A stretch of 64,000 nt of DNA from Vicinamibacterales bacterium (GCA_036496585.1 DASXLB010000037.1:3497-67496), one strand, 5' to 3'. Shown: positions 39,108-48,965, numbered from the stretch's first letter. Notes: generated from the sequence alone by a model not told the origin. Program-made: numbers and translations.

Positions 39108-39851
39108 TTATTGCCAGCTGCCGTACATCGGATTGGGCAGCACGAAGTAGCGAACCCCGAACTCGCCAAACGCGGGGTCCGTTTCTCGAAGGTTCTGCGA
39201 CAGCGATGGAAAGTCGAGGATGTTGTCGCCGACGTAGGCGACGATCGTCAGCGAGGTGCGCCCCGCGTCGGTCTGGCCGGCAGCGACGGCCGCAAATCGC
39301 GGGTTCTTGTCGGAGGGCGTGCCGTCGGGCCGGCAGAGCATCGCGTCGAACGGCAGATCGTTCGCCTTGAACACCGCGATGGTGTCGTCACATTCCGAGC
39401 CGAGCCGGTTGGTGACGATCGCGATGCGTCCGCCGAGTGTGCGCACGTGCGCGAGAAACGCGGCGGCGCCGGGCAGCGGCTGCGCGGTGCGCCGGCGTAC
39501 CCAGGCCGCCCAGCTTTCCTGCGTGAAGCCGAGGCCGGCGGCGGCGCGCTCCTGCTCGTACTGCAGGTCGTTGAGTATCGTGTCGTCGGAGTCGAGAATC
39601 ACCGCCCAGGTGCCCGGCGCATAGCGGGGCGCCTCGCTGTCGACCCGCCCGGTGGCGGCGCGATAGGTCTGGGCGACAAGGGCGCGATATTCCACTGACT
39701 TCGCCACCCACGTCATGCTGTCGGGCTGCGCGCGAGCCTGGACCTTGACCGGGGCCGTCTGGGGGGCCGAGGCCGGCGACCCGCTGGCGCAGGCCGAGAC
39801 GACTACGGCCGCCGCACCGATCCAGCGCCACCGCCTGGCGGCCGGCATCAT
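39108..39851 (-). CDS. Class C acid phosphatase / 5'-nucleotidase lipoprotein e(P4) family
   Basis: Lipobox-like VSAC; ILDSDDTILND, IVTNR, YVGDNILDF, LPNPMYGSW. Confidence 0.9.
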   Translation of the reverse strand: MMPAARRWRWIGAAAVVVSACASGSPASAPQTAPVKVQARAQPDSMTWVAKSVEYRALVAQTYRAATGRVDSEAPRYAPGTWAVILDSDDTILNDLQYEQERAAAGLGFTQESWAAWVRRRTAQPLPGAAAFLAHVRTLGGRIAIVTNRLGSECDDTIAVFKANDLPFDAMLCRPDGTPSDKNPRFAAVAAGQTDAGRTSLTIVAYVGDNILDFPSLSQNLRETDPAFGEFGVRYFVLPNPMYGSWQ

Positions 39852-41101
39852 GGCTTGCGCGCGCCGCGTACCTGCGCGACGAAGCCGTTGACCGCCTTCG
39901 TCAGCGCATCCATCACGCCGGCGGCGTGCTGTGCGGGCGAGCCGCCCGTCATTCCCCCTTCGCGCAGCAACGGGACCTCGAGCATCACCACACCCTTCAA
40001 ATAGGGAAGCGTCGCGTCGGCCGCCGCCATCAGCGACGCGTCGTAGCGCGACACGCAGACACCGTCGGAGAGCCGGCTGGTGACGACGCTGACGAGCACG
40101 TAACTTTCCTCGTTTCCGTACGGTTGCGACTTGAAACCGGCGTCGCCGAGGATTTTGGCGATCGACGTCTTGATCTTGTTCTGATCGAGGCCGCACGCCG
40201 CCGCCTGCGTGGTGAGATCCTCCACCTGCGTGCCAATCGTCGTGATGCCGCGCAGTTCGGACCCGGGTGGCAGCGCCGGCGGACGCGCCGGCGGCGCCGT
40301 CGCGTCCGGTGCGCCACCGACTGGAGCGGACGGAGCGGCGGGTGGCGCGCCCGCGCGGGCGCCGGTCGGCAGCGGCCCGTCAGGAGGCGGCAGCCCTGGC
40401 GCCGACGCGCCTCCGGAGATGACCGCTCGGTCGTGCTCCTCGGGCGTCTCGTAGGTGAGCTTCACTTCGTCGCCGTCGTGCCCGCGCTGGAGGAACCGGA
40501 CATCGACGAGCAGCCGCTTCGGGTTGTCGGCCGGGGTGAACGTGTAGCGCAGCTGCCGCGCCGTATCGACTTCATAGGTCACGACGAGACTGGGTCCATC
40601 CCATCTTGCCGTAGTTGGCAGCGCGATCGTGCCGAGGGTCAACTCGTCCAGGTGGCCGTCGGGATGGAACGTGCGCGAGTGCCCCTGGTCGTCGGCAATC
40701 GACACGCTATCGGCCTTCTGCACGATGGTGATGTGCTCGGGGGGCGTACGGGCTTCACCGGTGAGCTGCTGCATGCGGGTGCTGTCATCGGGGCTCTGCA
40801 TGGTCCCCGTCGAGCGCGATCCCCCGCCAAATCCACCGCCTCCGCCTCCGCCGCCGCGATGGCCACGGCCCCCGCCACCGCTCGAAGACGATTCCCCAGG
40901 CTCGCCGGCGCGTCCCCAGTCGGGGCTGAAGCCGATCTCGGCGGGTTTCTGCGTGAGCGCTGGATTCAGCACCCAGGCGCCCGATATCGCCGGAGAAGAA
41001 GTCGGTGGACTAGTCGAGGGTGGCGCGGTCTGTGCGGCCGCGTCGAGCGCGCCAAGCGCCACCCACACGGCAACCAGCGGACGGACGAGGCGAGGCAGCA
41101 T
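39848..41101 (-). CDS. Exported two-domain hypothetical protein
   Basis: Signal peptide; ISGAWVLN beta domain, Pro-rich linker, second alpha/beta domain; RBS GGGAG before ATG 41101. Confidence 0.7.
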   Translation of the reverse strand: MLPRLVRPLVAVWVALGALDAAAQTAPPSTSPPTSSPAISGAWVLNPALTQKPAEIGFSPDWGRAGEPGESSSSGGGGRGHRGGGGGGGGFGGGSRSTGTMQSPDDSTRMQQLTGEARTPPEHITIVQKADSVSIADDQGHSRTFHPDGHLDELTLGTIALPTTARWDGPSLVVTYEVDTARQLRYTFTPADNPKRLLVDVRFLQRGHDGDEVKLTYETPEEHDRAVISGGASAPGLPPPDGPLPTGARAGAPPAAPSAPVGGAPDATAPPARPPALPPGSELRGITTIGTQVEDLTTQAAACGLDQNKIKTSIAKILGDAGFKSQPYGNEESYVLVSVVTSRLSDGVCVSRYDASLMAAADATLPYLKGVVMLEVPLLREGGMTGGSPAQHAAGVMDALTKAVNGFVAQVRGARKP

Positions 41102-41184
41102 TGGACTCCCTCTTCGCACGGTAGCACACGTACGAGTGGTCCATGCCGGGCGGTCGCGGGTCCCGGCGGTATAACATCGCAGCG

Positions 41185-42072
41185 ATGGGTCTGAAGGGAT
41201 GCCTCGCTCTCTCGGCGCTCTGTCTTGCGATGTCCGGGTGCGGCCGCTTCGGCAACGCCACCTCTGTGGACCAGAAGGTCCGCGCCGTCGTGATCTCGCA
41301 GGGGTATTCCGAAATCATCTGGGCGCTTGGCGCCCAGGATGCGGTGGTCGGCGTCGACTACTCGAGCACCTGGCCGCCCGACGTGAAGAAGGTGCCGACG
41401 GTGGGGTATCACCGCGCGCTCAGCGCCGAGGGCCTCCTGTCGCTCAAGCCGACGGTGATCATCACCGACGGCAACATCGGGCCGCCGCAGGTCATCGAGC
41501 AGCTCAGGCAGCTCAACGTGCCGATCAAGACGTTCACGGCGAAGAACGATTCGATCGAGGGGGCCAAGGCGCTGATGCGCGAGATGGGCGCCTACTTCCA
41601 CAAGGAATCGCGCGCCGACGAGTTGTGTCGCAAGCTCGACGCCGACATGGCGCACGCGCTCGACGAGGCAAAAAAATTCAGCGACCATCCGCGCGTGGCG
41701 GTAATCCACTATGGGCGCGCGTCGAACGTCTACATGCTCGTCGGGGCCAGCGGATCTGGCGACGCCGGCGCCGCCGGTCAGATGGTGCGCTGGGCAGGCG
41801 GCGAGATGGCGATCGAGAAGGCCGGCATGACGCGGATGGCGTCGCCCGAGATCGTCGCGCAGGCCAATCCCGACGTCGTCCTGCTGACCGAATTCGGCTA
41901 CGACCGCCTCGGCTCGAAGGACAAGGCCGTCGAGCTGCCCGGCGTCGCAACCAGCAACGCCGCGAAGAACGGACGCATCTACCGGGTCGAGGAACACGAC
42001 CTGATGTACTTCGGGCCGAGCAGCGGCGAAGGCCTGGCGCGGCTCGTCACGATCGTGCACAAGGGCGAATGA
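41185..42072 (+). CDS. Haem/cobalamin-type ABC transporter substrate-binding lipoprotein (HmuT-like)
   Basis: Lipobox MSGC; EIIWALGA...VVGVDYSS; VGYHRALSAEGLLSLKP. Confidence 0.85.
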   Translation: MGLKGCLALSALCLAMSGCGRFGNATSVDQKVRAVVISQGYSEIIWALGAQDAVVGVDYSSTWPPDVKKVPTVGYHRALSAEGLLSLKPTVIITDGNIGPPQVIEQLRQLNVPIKTFTAKNDSIEGAKALMREMGAYFHKESRADELCRKLDADMAHALDEAKKFSDHPRVAVIHYGRASNVYMLVGASGSGDAGAAGQMVRWAGGEMAIEKAGMTRMASPEIVAQANPDVVLLTEFGYDRLGSKDKAVELPGVATSNAAKNGRIYRVEEHDLMYFGPSSGEGLARLVTIVHKGE

Positions 42073-43103
42073 CGGAAGGAGGCGGCCGCCGCGGCGGCCT
42101 GCTGGCCGCGCTCGCGGCGCTGATGGCGGTGACGGCGATCGCGTCGATCCGCTTCGGCGCGATCGACTTTCCGCTGCGCCAGATGTGGACGGCGACTGTC
42201 GCGATCGTCTCCGGCCATACGCCCGCGACGCTCGACGGCCGCATCTTCGCCGAGTTGCGGCTGCCGCGCGCGCTGCTGTGCCTGTTCGTCGGCGCCGGCC
42301 TCGGCGTCGGCGGTACGCTGATGCAGGCGCTTTTCCGCAATCCGATCGTCGAGCCCGGACTGGTCGGCACGTCGAGCGGCGCCGCCCTCGGCGCCTCGGT
42401 CTTCTTTGTGCTCGGCGCGGCGCTGCACGTCGAGACCGCGGCATGGACGCTTCCGCTCGCCGCCTGCGTCGGCGGCGTGCTGTCGACCTGGCTGGTCTTC
42501 GCGCTCGCCGAGACGGGCAGCGACGGGCGCGCGTCGATCGTCATGCTCCTGCTCACCGGCCTCGCCGTCAACGCGCTGTGCCTGAGCGGCATCGGCTTCC
42601 TCTCCTACGTGGCCCGCGATCCGCAGGCGCGTTCGATCGTCTTCTGGAATCTCGGCACGCTGTCCGGCGCGAGTTGGCGGGCGGTGGGCATCGTCGGCGC
42701 CGTGACCACCGTAGGCACCGCAGCGGCGGCGATGTATGCCAAGCAGCTGAACGCGCTGATGATCGGTGAGGAGGAAGCGGCGTACCTGGGTGTGAACGTG
42801 CGGCGTCTGAAGCTGACCATCCTGGCCGTCAACGTCGCCATCGTGGCGGTCGCGACGGCGTTCACCGGCGTCATCGCCTTCGTCGGGCTCATCGTGCCGC
42901 ACATCCTGCGGATGCTGCACGGCGCCGACAACCGCTTCCTGATCGTCGGCAGCGCGATCCTCGGCGGCACCCTGCTCAGCCTCGCCGACCTCGTCGCGCG
43001 CGTGTCGCTGCGGCCGGCCGAGCTGCCGATCGGAATCGTCACGTCGATCGTGGGGGTGCCGATCTTCCTGACGCTGTTGCGGCGCCGCCGCTACGTGTTC
43101 TAA
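42069..43103 (+). CDS. FecCD/HmuU-family ABC permease
   Basis: LRLPRALL, QALFRNPIVEPG, GEEEAAYLGV, IAFVGLIVPH, AELPIGIVT. Confidence 0.93.
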   Translation: MTEGGGRRGGLLAALAALMAVTAIASIRFGAIDFPLRQMWTATVAIVSGHTPATLDGRIFAELRLPRALLCLFVGAGLGVGGTLMQALFRNPIVEPGLVGTSSGAALGASVFFVLGAALHVETAAWTLPLAACVGGVLSTWLVFALAETGSDGRASIVMLLLTGLAVNALCLSGIGFLSYVARDPQARSIVFWNLGTLSGASWRAVGIVGAVTTVGTAAAAMYAKQLNALMIGEEEAAYLGVNVRRLKLTILAVNVAIVAVATAFTGVIAFVGLIVPHILRMLHGADNRFLIVGSAILGGTLLSLADLVARVSLRPAELPIGIVTSIVGVPIFLTLLRRRRYVF

Positions 43104-43119
43104 GACAGGGACGATCCAG

Positions 43120-43905
43120 ATGGTCGAGATCCACGACGTCACCTATCGCGTCGGCGGGCGTGATCTCATCGCGGGCATCAGCGCGGGCTTCGAGCCGGGC
43201 CGGCTGCATCTCGTCATCGGCCCGAACGGCGCCGGCAAGTCGACGCTCATCAAGGTACTGGCGCGGCTGCTGCGGCCGGCGAGCGGTCGCGTCGCATACG
43301 CCGGCGCCGAGATCGCGCACGAGAGCGAAGCGAGCCTGGCGCGGCGGCGGGCGGTGCTGTCGCAGGCAGTCGAAGTGGCGTTTCCGCTGCTCGTCCACGA
43401 AGTGGTGGCGATGGGGCGCTATCCGCACTTCGGCGCCCGACCCTCCTCGGAAGACGCGGCGATCGTCGACGAGGTGATGGACTACTTCGACGTCGCCGAC
43501 ATGGCCGAGCGCGCCTATCCGACCCTGAGCGGTGGCGAGAAGCAGCGGGTGAATTTCGCCCGCGTACTCGCGCAGGTCTGGCGGCCGCTGGCGGGGCGCG
43601 AGCGGGTACTGTTCCTCGACGAGCCGCTGACCTTTCTCGACATCGGCCACCAGCTCGACTTCCTGCGGAAGATCGTCGCGATGCTGGCGGCGTCGCCCGA
43701 TCTGGTGGTGATCGGGGTACTCCACGATCTGAATCTGGCGGCGCAGTTTGCGGATCGCCTGCTGCTCCTCGACGGCGGCCGACTCATGGCCGCGGGCACG
43801 CGGGCCGACGTGCTGACGCCGGAGCTCATCCGTAGCGCGTTCGGAGTCCATCCGGTCGTGACGACGGTGCCGGGCACGGATCGCACGCACCTGGTCTTCG
43901 AATAG
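43120..43905 (+). CDS. hmuV: Haem ABC transporter ATPase (HmuV-like)
   Basis: GPNGAGKST, LSGGEKQRVNFARVLAQ, FLDEP, LHDLNLAAQFAD. Confidence 0.85.
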   Translation: MVEIHDVTYRVGGRDLIAGISAGFEPGRLHLVIGPNGAGKSTLIKVLARLLRPASGRVAYAGAEIAHESEASLARRRAVLSQAVEVAFPLLVHEVVAMGRYPHFGARPSSEDAAIVDEVMDYFDVADMAERAYPTLSGGEKQRVNFARVLAQVWRPLAGRERVLFLDEPLTFLDIGHQLDFLRKIVAMLAASPDLVVIGVLHDLNLAAQFADRLLLLDGGRLMAAGTRADVLTPELIRSAFGVHPVVTTVPGTDRTHLVFE

Positions 43906-44018
43906 CCGAGGCTGACGCCGTTTGGTCGTACTTTCGCAACACTCCCGCCACAGCTCGCTGGTCTGACCCCTTGTTAACGGCGTCTGCCAGCGCTGATGCC
44001 GTCGCAAGGAGTGCAGTC

Positions 44019-44357
44019 ATGAAACTTCGTCCGATCCTCGTTCTTCTCGTCGCCCTGACGGCCGGTCTCGCGGCCGTGGCGTGCGGTTCTTCGCCGACTT
44101 CGGCGACCACCGTCTCGACGGTCACCGTGTCCGGTGGGGTGCCGGGCGTCGGCGCCTCGGCGCAGTTCACCGCCGTCGCGACGCTCGCGGGTGGCGTCAG
44201 CGAAGACATCACCACCAGCGCGACGTGGACGTCTTCGAATACCGCGATTGCCACCGTCTCGGCGACCGGCCTCGTTACGTCCTTGGCGAGCGGCAGCGCG
44301 GTGATCTCGGCGACCTTTTCCGGGGTAGCGGGCTCGGATTCGATCAGCGTTCCGTAG
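44019..44357 (+). CDS. Small lipoprotein with Ig-like (Big_2) domain
   Basis: RBS AAGGAG; lipobox VAC; ATWTSSNTAIATVSATGLVT. Confidence 0.85.
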   Translation: MKLRPILVLLVALTAGLAAVACGSSPTSATTVSTVTVSGGVPGVGASAQFTAVATLAGGVSEDITTSATWTSSNTAIATVSATGLVTSLASGSAVISATFSGVAGSDSISVP

Positions 44358-44368
44358 GGGTCGGCGCG

Positions 44369-44794
44369 TCAGAGCCGGTTCGTGCAACCTGGCCGGCAAC
44401 GGCAGGGAATCGTCCGGTCGCCGATTGTGCGGTAGTCGTAGGTGAGCTCTTCGCCGCGTCGGATGCTGCGTCCGGCGCGGATCCAGATAGTCTTGTCCAC
44501 GACCTGGAAGTAGCAGTTCGGCGTGCACGAGTGGTTGATGAAGCGGGCGACGTTGCCGCCGACGTTGGCGTCCCTGCTCCAGGCGCGGTTGACCCGGAAG
44601 ACCCAGATGCACCCCTGACGCAGGTACTCCTCTTCCCGCTTGTCGAGCTTCCGGCCGTTGCGCACCAACTCGCCGTCGTAGTCGACGATGCGCGTGTTCT
44701 TGGTGATGGGTACGGAGGCGAAGACGCCCTTTCCGTGCAGCGCCGAACGGCGCTGTTCGATACGGGGCAAATCGGCGGGGGTTCGGCGGGCCAC
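44369..44794 (-). CDS. SET-domain lysine methyltransferase with post-SET
   Basis: GKGVFA, ARFINHSCTPN, GEELTYDY, CRCRPGC; start uncertain (GTG 44794). Confidence 0.92.
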   Translation of the reverse strand: MARRTPADLPRIEQRRSALHGKGVFASVPITKNTRIVDYDGELVRNGRKLDKREEEYLRQGCIWVFRVNRAWSRDANVGGNVARFINHSCTPNCYFQVVDKTIWIRAGRSIRRGEELTYDYRTIGDRTIPCRCRPGCTNRL

Positions 44795-44898
44795 CGGACC
44801 GTGATTGTACCAGGCCGCCTCGCCCATGCGTCGCGTCCAGGCCCGCCACGCGACAGGTGTCGATCCCTCCGGGCTCTGCGCCGAGGAGCCGATCTCCC

Positions 44899-44926
44899 GA
44901 AACTTTTGCGGCCGTTCGGGGTCTGA
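44899..44926 (+). promoter_or_regulatory. ECF (RpoE/AlgU-like) promoter candidate GAAACTT-N16-TCTGA
   Basis: One mismatch to GAACTT-N16/17-TCTGA; upstream of the adaptor operon. Confidence 0.45.
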
Positions 44927-45016
44927 TACGCTTGGCAGTACGCCCAACCAACGGCTGTTCCCGGCCGTCTATATCCGGGACACCTTGGCGGTCTCGCTCG
45001 GCCGCCAGTTCGCGCC

Positions 45017-46273
45017 ATGTTCAATCGGACGGTCCTCGTCACCGCCATCGCGCTCGTCACGACGGCCGCCGCGGCGCTCGTCGCGGTGCGCGTGTATGCG
45101 CGCGCGCCGGAGCCGAGGGGCGCCGCAGGACCGACGGGCTACACCGTCGTCCGCCAGGACTTCGTCCGCAGCCTCCGCCTCAACGGCACGGTCGAAGCGG
45201 TCGAATCGACCGCCATCCAGGCGCCCCGCCTCGCCGGGCAGAACAGCAACTCGCTCGTCGTCATGCGTCTCGTGCACAACGGCGAGACCGTCAAGCCGGG
45301 CGACATGCTCGTCGAGTTCGACCGCCAGGAACAGCTCCGGAACGCGCTCGACCGGCGCGCCGACCTGACCGATCTCGAACAGCAGATCAAGCGCCGCCAG
45401 GCCGACGAAGTCGCCGCGCGGGCCAGCGACGACAGCACGCTGAATCAGGCGCAGAGCGCGCTCGCGAAGTCGCGCCTCGAGCTCGTCAAGAACGACCTGC
45501 TCCCGAAGATCGAAGCCGAGAAGAACACGCTGGCGCAGGAGGAGGCGCAGGCGCAGCTCACACAGCTGCAGGACACCTACGCTCTCAAGCGCGCCGCCGC
45601 GGCCGCCGACATCAAGGTGCTCGAGATCCGCCGTGACCGCGCCCAGACCAACATGCGGCAGGCGGAAGAGAACGCCGCACGCATGCTGGTGGCTTCGCCG
45701 CTGCCGGGCGTGGCCGTGATCAAGACGACCTGGAAGAACGGCAACATGCTGGAATTCGCCGAGGGGGACGAAGTGCGATCGGGGCAGCCGGTCGTCGAAG
45801 TCGTCAACCCGGCGGTGATGCGGGTCCGCGCGCGCGTCAACCAGGCCGACATCAACGAGCTGAAGATCGGGCAGACGGTGCGCGTCGGCCTCGACGCCTA
45901 CCCGGATCTCTCGTTCCCCGGGACGGTCACCCAGATCTCACCGATCGGCCAGCAGTCGTCGCTGTCGCCGCGGGTGCGCAACTTCGTGGTGCTGGTGCTG
46001 GTCAAGGGCGCGAGTCCGAGCCTGATGCCCGATCTGACGGCGTCGCTCGACGTCGAACTCGAGCGGACGCCGGCGGTGCTCGTCGTGCCGCGCGACGCGG
46101 TCGTGTCGGATGGCGAGCAGGCCTACGTGATGGTCCAGCGCGGCGGCCGGGTCGTTCGGCAGGATGTCGCGCTGGGCGCGATCAGTGCGTACCAGGTGGT
46201 CGTGACCGGCGGTCTGCAGGAAGGCGTCACTATCGCACGCAACGCGGCGGCCGCCGGAGACAAGGGCAGGTAG
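45017..46273 (+). CDS. Periplasmic adaptor (membrane fusion protein) 1
   Basis: N-terminal anchor; GETVKPGDMLVEFD lipoyl half; coiled coil; RVRARVNQADINELKIGQ. Confidence 0.9.
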   Translation: MFNRTVLVTAIALVTTAAAALVAVRVYARAPEPRGAAGPTGYTVVRQDFVRSLRLNGTVEAVESTAIQAPRLAGQNSNSLVVMRLVHNGETVKPGDMLVEFDRQEQLRNALDRRADLTDLEQQIKRRQADEVAARASDDSTLNQAQSALAKSRLELVKNDLLPKIEAEKNTLAQEEAQAQLTQLQDTYALKRAAAAADIKVLEIRRDRAQTNMRQAEENAARMLVASPLPGVAVIKTTWKNGNMLEFAEGDEVRSGQPVVEVVNPAVMRVRARVNQADINELKIGQTVRVGLDAYPDLSFPGTVTQISPIGQQSSLSPRVRNFVVLVLVKGASPSLMPDLTASLDVELERTPAVLVVPRDAVVSDGEQAYVMVQRGGRVVRQDVALGAISAYQVVVTGGLQEGVTIARNAAAAGDKGR

Positions 46274-46276
46274 CCG

Positions 46277-47554
46277 ATGCCGGTGCCCGTGTCGCTCCGC
46301 TCGAAACGGGTGCTCGTCGTCATCGTCCTGGTGATTGCCGCGCTCGGCGGCGCCGTGGTCGCGATGAACGCGTTCGATCGCGGCGTACCCAACGCGACGA
46401 CCGTTGCCGTGACGCACGGCGAGTTCGTCGACTACATCCAGATCCGCGGCGAAATCAGGCCCGCGAAGTCGATGGTCCTCAACGCGCCGTTGCAGTCGGG
46501 CGGCGACCTGCAGATCACCAGGCTGGTCAAGAACGGCGCTGCCGTCAAAAAAGGCGACGTGCTCGTCGAGTTCGACGCCACCTCGCTCGAGCAGCGCCTC
46601 GCCGAGCGCCGGTCGGATCTCAAATCGGCAGCAGGGGAGATCGAGCAGCTGCAGGCGCAGCAGCGGATCAACGCGGAAGAGCGCACGACACAGCTCCTCA
46701 AGGCGCAGTACGACGTCGATCGGGCGAAACTCGATCTCGGCAAGCGCGACCTGATTTCGCAGATCGAGTACGAAGAAGCGAAGCTGGCGCTGAACGACGC
46801 CGAGCAGAAGCAGAAGGAGACCCAGGCCAAGGTGAAATCGACCGAGGCCGGGGCCGAAGCCGATCTGGTCGGCAAGCGGCGCAAGCGAGACAAGGCGCAG
46901 TTCGACGTCGAGCGGACCGAGTCGGCGATCGAAGCGCTGCGGCTCCGCGCGCCCGCCGACGGGTCCGTCAACATCCTCGAGAATCCCCGGACCAGCAGCA
47001 TGTTCGGCGGCGGCGGCATCGAGTTCCGCGAAGGCGACCGCGCCTGGGCCGGCGCCAGCATCCTCGAACTGCCCGATCTGTCGTCCATCCACCTCGAGGC
47101 CCGCCTCGACGAATCCGATCGTGGCCGTCTCAAGGTTGCGCAGCAGGCGGTCGTGAAGATCGAGGCGGTGCCCGGCAAGGACTTCGCCGCACGCGTCGAT
47201 CTCATCTCCGTGCTGGCCCGCGTCGACTTCTCGTCGGGCTGGCCGCCGGTCCGGAACTTCGATCTGGGGCTGGTCCTCGACGACCCCGACCCGCGTATCC
47301 GTCCCGGCATGACCGCGGTGGCGAGGATCGCCGCCGACCGTCTGCCCGACACGACGCTGGTGCCGGCCGAAGCGGTGTTCCAGAAGGACGGCCGGTCCGT
47401 CGTCTATCGCCTCAATGGCTCGAAGTTCGACGAACAGCCAATCGAGATCGTCCGCCGCGGGCGCGAGCAGGCGGCCGTGAGCGCCGGAGTGAGTGCCGGC
47501 GACAAGCTCGCGGTGCGCCGGCCCGACCCCGAGCTGATCCGGAGGAACAGATGA
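46277..47554 (+). CDS. Periplasmic adaptor (membrane fusion protein) 2
   Basis: GAAVKKGDVLVEFD; LRAPADG; EARLDESDRGRLKVAQ; LVPAEAVFQKDG. Confidence 0.9.
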   Translation: MPVPVSLRSKRVLVVIVLVIAALGGAVVAMNAFDRGVPNATTVAVTHGEFVDYIQIRGEIRPAKSMVLNAPLQSGGDLQITRLVKNGAAVKKGDVLVEFDATSLEQRLAERRSDLKSAAGEIEQLQAQQRINAEERTTQLLKAQYDVDRAKLDLGKRDLISQIEYEEAKLALNDAEQKQKETQAKVKSTEAGAEADLVGKRRKRDKAQFDVERTESAIEALRLRAPADGSVNILENPRTSSMFGGGGIEFREGDRAWAGASILELPDLSSIHLEARLDESDRGRLKVAQQAVVKIEAVPGKDFAARVDLISVLARVDFSSGWPPVRNFDLGLVLDDPDPRIRPGMTAVARIAADRLPDTTLVPAEAVFQKDGRSVVYRLNGSKFDEQPIEIVRRGREQAAVSAGVSAGDKLAVRRPDPELIRRNR

Positions 47555-48861
47555 TGCGAGCCTGGCGCCGCATCGCGATCGCCGTGGTCGTGCTCGGCAT
47601 TGCGGCGGCGGCCGTCCTCCTGGCCAAGGGCTCGCCGGTGCTGCCCGACACGCGCCCCGCGGTGCCGACGGCCAAGGTCGTACGCGGTCCGCTCAAGCTC
47701 ACCGTCTACGCAACCGGCGAACTTCGCGCCGGGCGGACGATGAACCTCGTGGCGCCGCCGGCGGGGGGCGCACTGCGTATCCTCAGGCTCGTGTCGACCG
47801 GCACGGCGGTGAAGAAGGGCGATTCGGTCATCGAATTCGATCCCTCCGACCAGCAGTACAACGTCGAGCAGGCGAAGTCGGACCTGGCCGAGGCCGAACA
47901 GTCGATCGTGAAGATGAAGGCCGACAACGCCGTGCAGACGTCACAGGACGCCCTCAACCTGCTGACCGCCCGCTACGACGTGCGCCGCGCCGAGATTGGT
48001 GTGCTCGCCAACGAGTTCGTCGGCGCCATCGAGGCGCAGAAGAACGCGCTGACCCTCGACGAGGCGAAACAGCATCTCAGCCAGCTCGAACGCGACGCCG
48101 CCGCCCGGGCCGCGACCAGCACCGCAGCGCTCGCGGTCGTCGACGAGCGCCGTCACAAGGCGGAGCTGGCGATGCAGCGGGCGCAGTCGATCATCGACAA
48201 TCTCGTCGTCAAGGCGCCGATCGACGGTGACGTCTCGGTCAAAGACAACCGCGACGGCCAGTATTTCGTGTTCAGCGGCATGGTCCTGCCGGAGTATCGC
48301 GAAGGGGATACCACCTACTCCGGCCGCAACATCGCCGATGTCATCGAGAGCGGCCGGATGGAGGGGCGCGCCAAGGTGACCGAGGTCGACCGCGACAACC
48401 TCCAGACCGGCCAGTCGGGCACGGTGCAGATCGATGCGCTGCCAGGGCGGACGTTCAGCGCGAAAGTGGGCCCGCTCAGCGCCAGCGCCTCGCGCGGCTC
48501 GTTCTTCGAAACGAGCGCGGTCCGCCAGTTCGACATCACCCTCGATCTCGATCGCCCCGATCCCGCCATGCGCGCCGGTTCGTCGCTCCGCGTCACCATC
48601 GACGGCCGCGAGATCCACGACGCGCTGCACCTGCCGCGCCAGGCCGTGTTCGAGAAGGCTGGCAGCAACTACGTTTTTCTGCAGACCGCCGCCGGGCACT
48701 TCGAGCGCCAGAACGTCAAGGTCGTCACGGCGACCGAGAGCCGCGCCGTCATCAACGGCCTGCACGAGGGGGACGTCATCGCGCTCGTCGACCCCGACGT
48801 CGCCACGTCGCGCAACAAGTCGTCCGGTGGTCCACTCTCGGGAGCCGGAGCGGCGAAGTGA
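47551..48861 (+). CDS. Periplasmic adaptor (membrane fusion protein) 3
   Basis: GTAVKKGDSVIEFD; VKAPIDG; VTEVDRDNLQTGQ; LPRQAVFEK. Confidence 0.9.
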   Translation: MMRAWRRIAIAVVVLGIAAAAVLLAKGSPVLPDTRPAVPTAKVVRGPLKLTVYATGELRAGRTMNLVAPPAGGALRILRLVSTGTAVKKGDSVIEFDPSDQQYNVEQAKSDLAEAEQSIVKMKADNAVQTSQDALNLLTARYDVRRAEIGVLANEFVGAIEAQKNALTLDEAKQHLSQLERDAAARAATSTAALAVVDERRHKAELAMQRAQSIIDNLVVKAPIDGDVSVKDNRDGQYFVFSGMVLPEYREGDTTYSGRNIADVIESGRMEGRAKVTEVDRDNLQTGQSGTVQIDALPGRTFSAKVGPLSASASRGSFFETSAVRQFDITLDLDRPDPAMRAGSSLRVTIDGREIHDALHLPRQAVFEKAGSNYVFLQTAAGHFERQNVKVVTATESRAVINGLHEGDVIALVDPDVATSRNKSSGGPLSGAGAAK

Positions 48862-48960
48862 ACGAGCGGCGCGAGCGAGCCAGGCACACGGAGTGGGCCG
48901 CGAAGCGGATACCCGCGGGCCCGTGTGCAGTGGGGAGCGGCGGGGCGAAGCCCCCCACCA
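48862..48960 (+). repeat. Intergenic palindromic repeat related to the element inside the SahR-like gene
   Basis: GAGCGAGCCA...GAAGCGG...GGGGAG...GGGGCGAAGCCCC in the same order as 34277-34373. Confidence 0.6.
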
Positions 48961-48965
48961 GCTAA

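Noticed and set aside
41102-41184. Possible cobalamin riboswitch or Fur box upstream of the ABC importer
   Set aside because: Region is only about 80 bp and lacks B12-box or Fur-like palindromes
44369-44794. Idea that the SET enzyme methylates the Lys-rich 98-aa protein at 19311
   Set aside because: The genes are 25 kb apart with no linkage evidence; pure speculation
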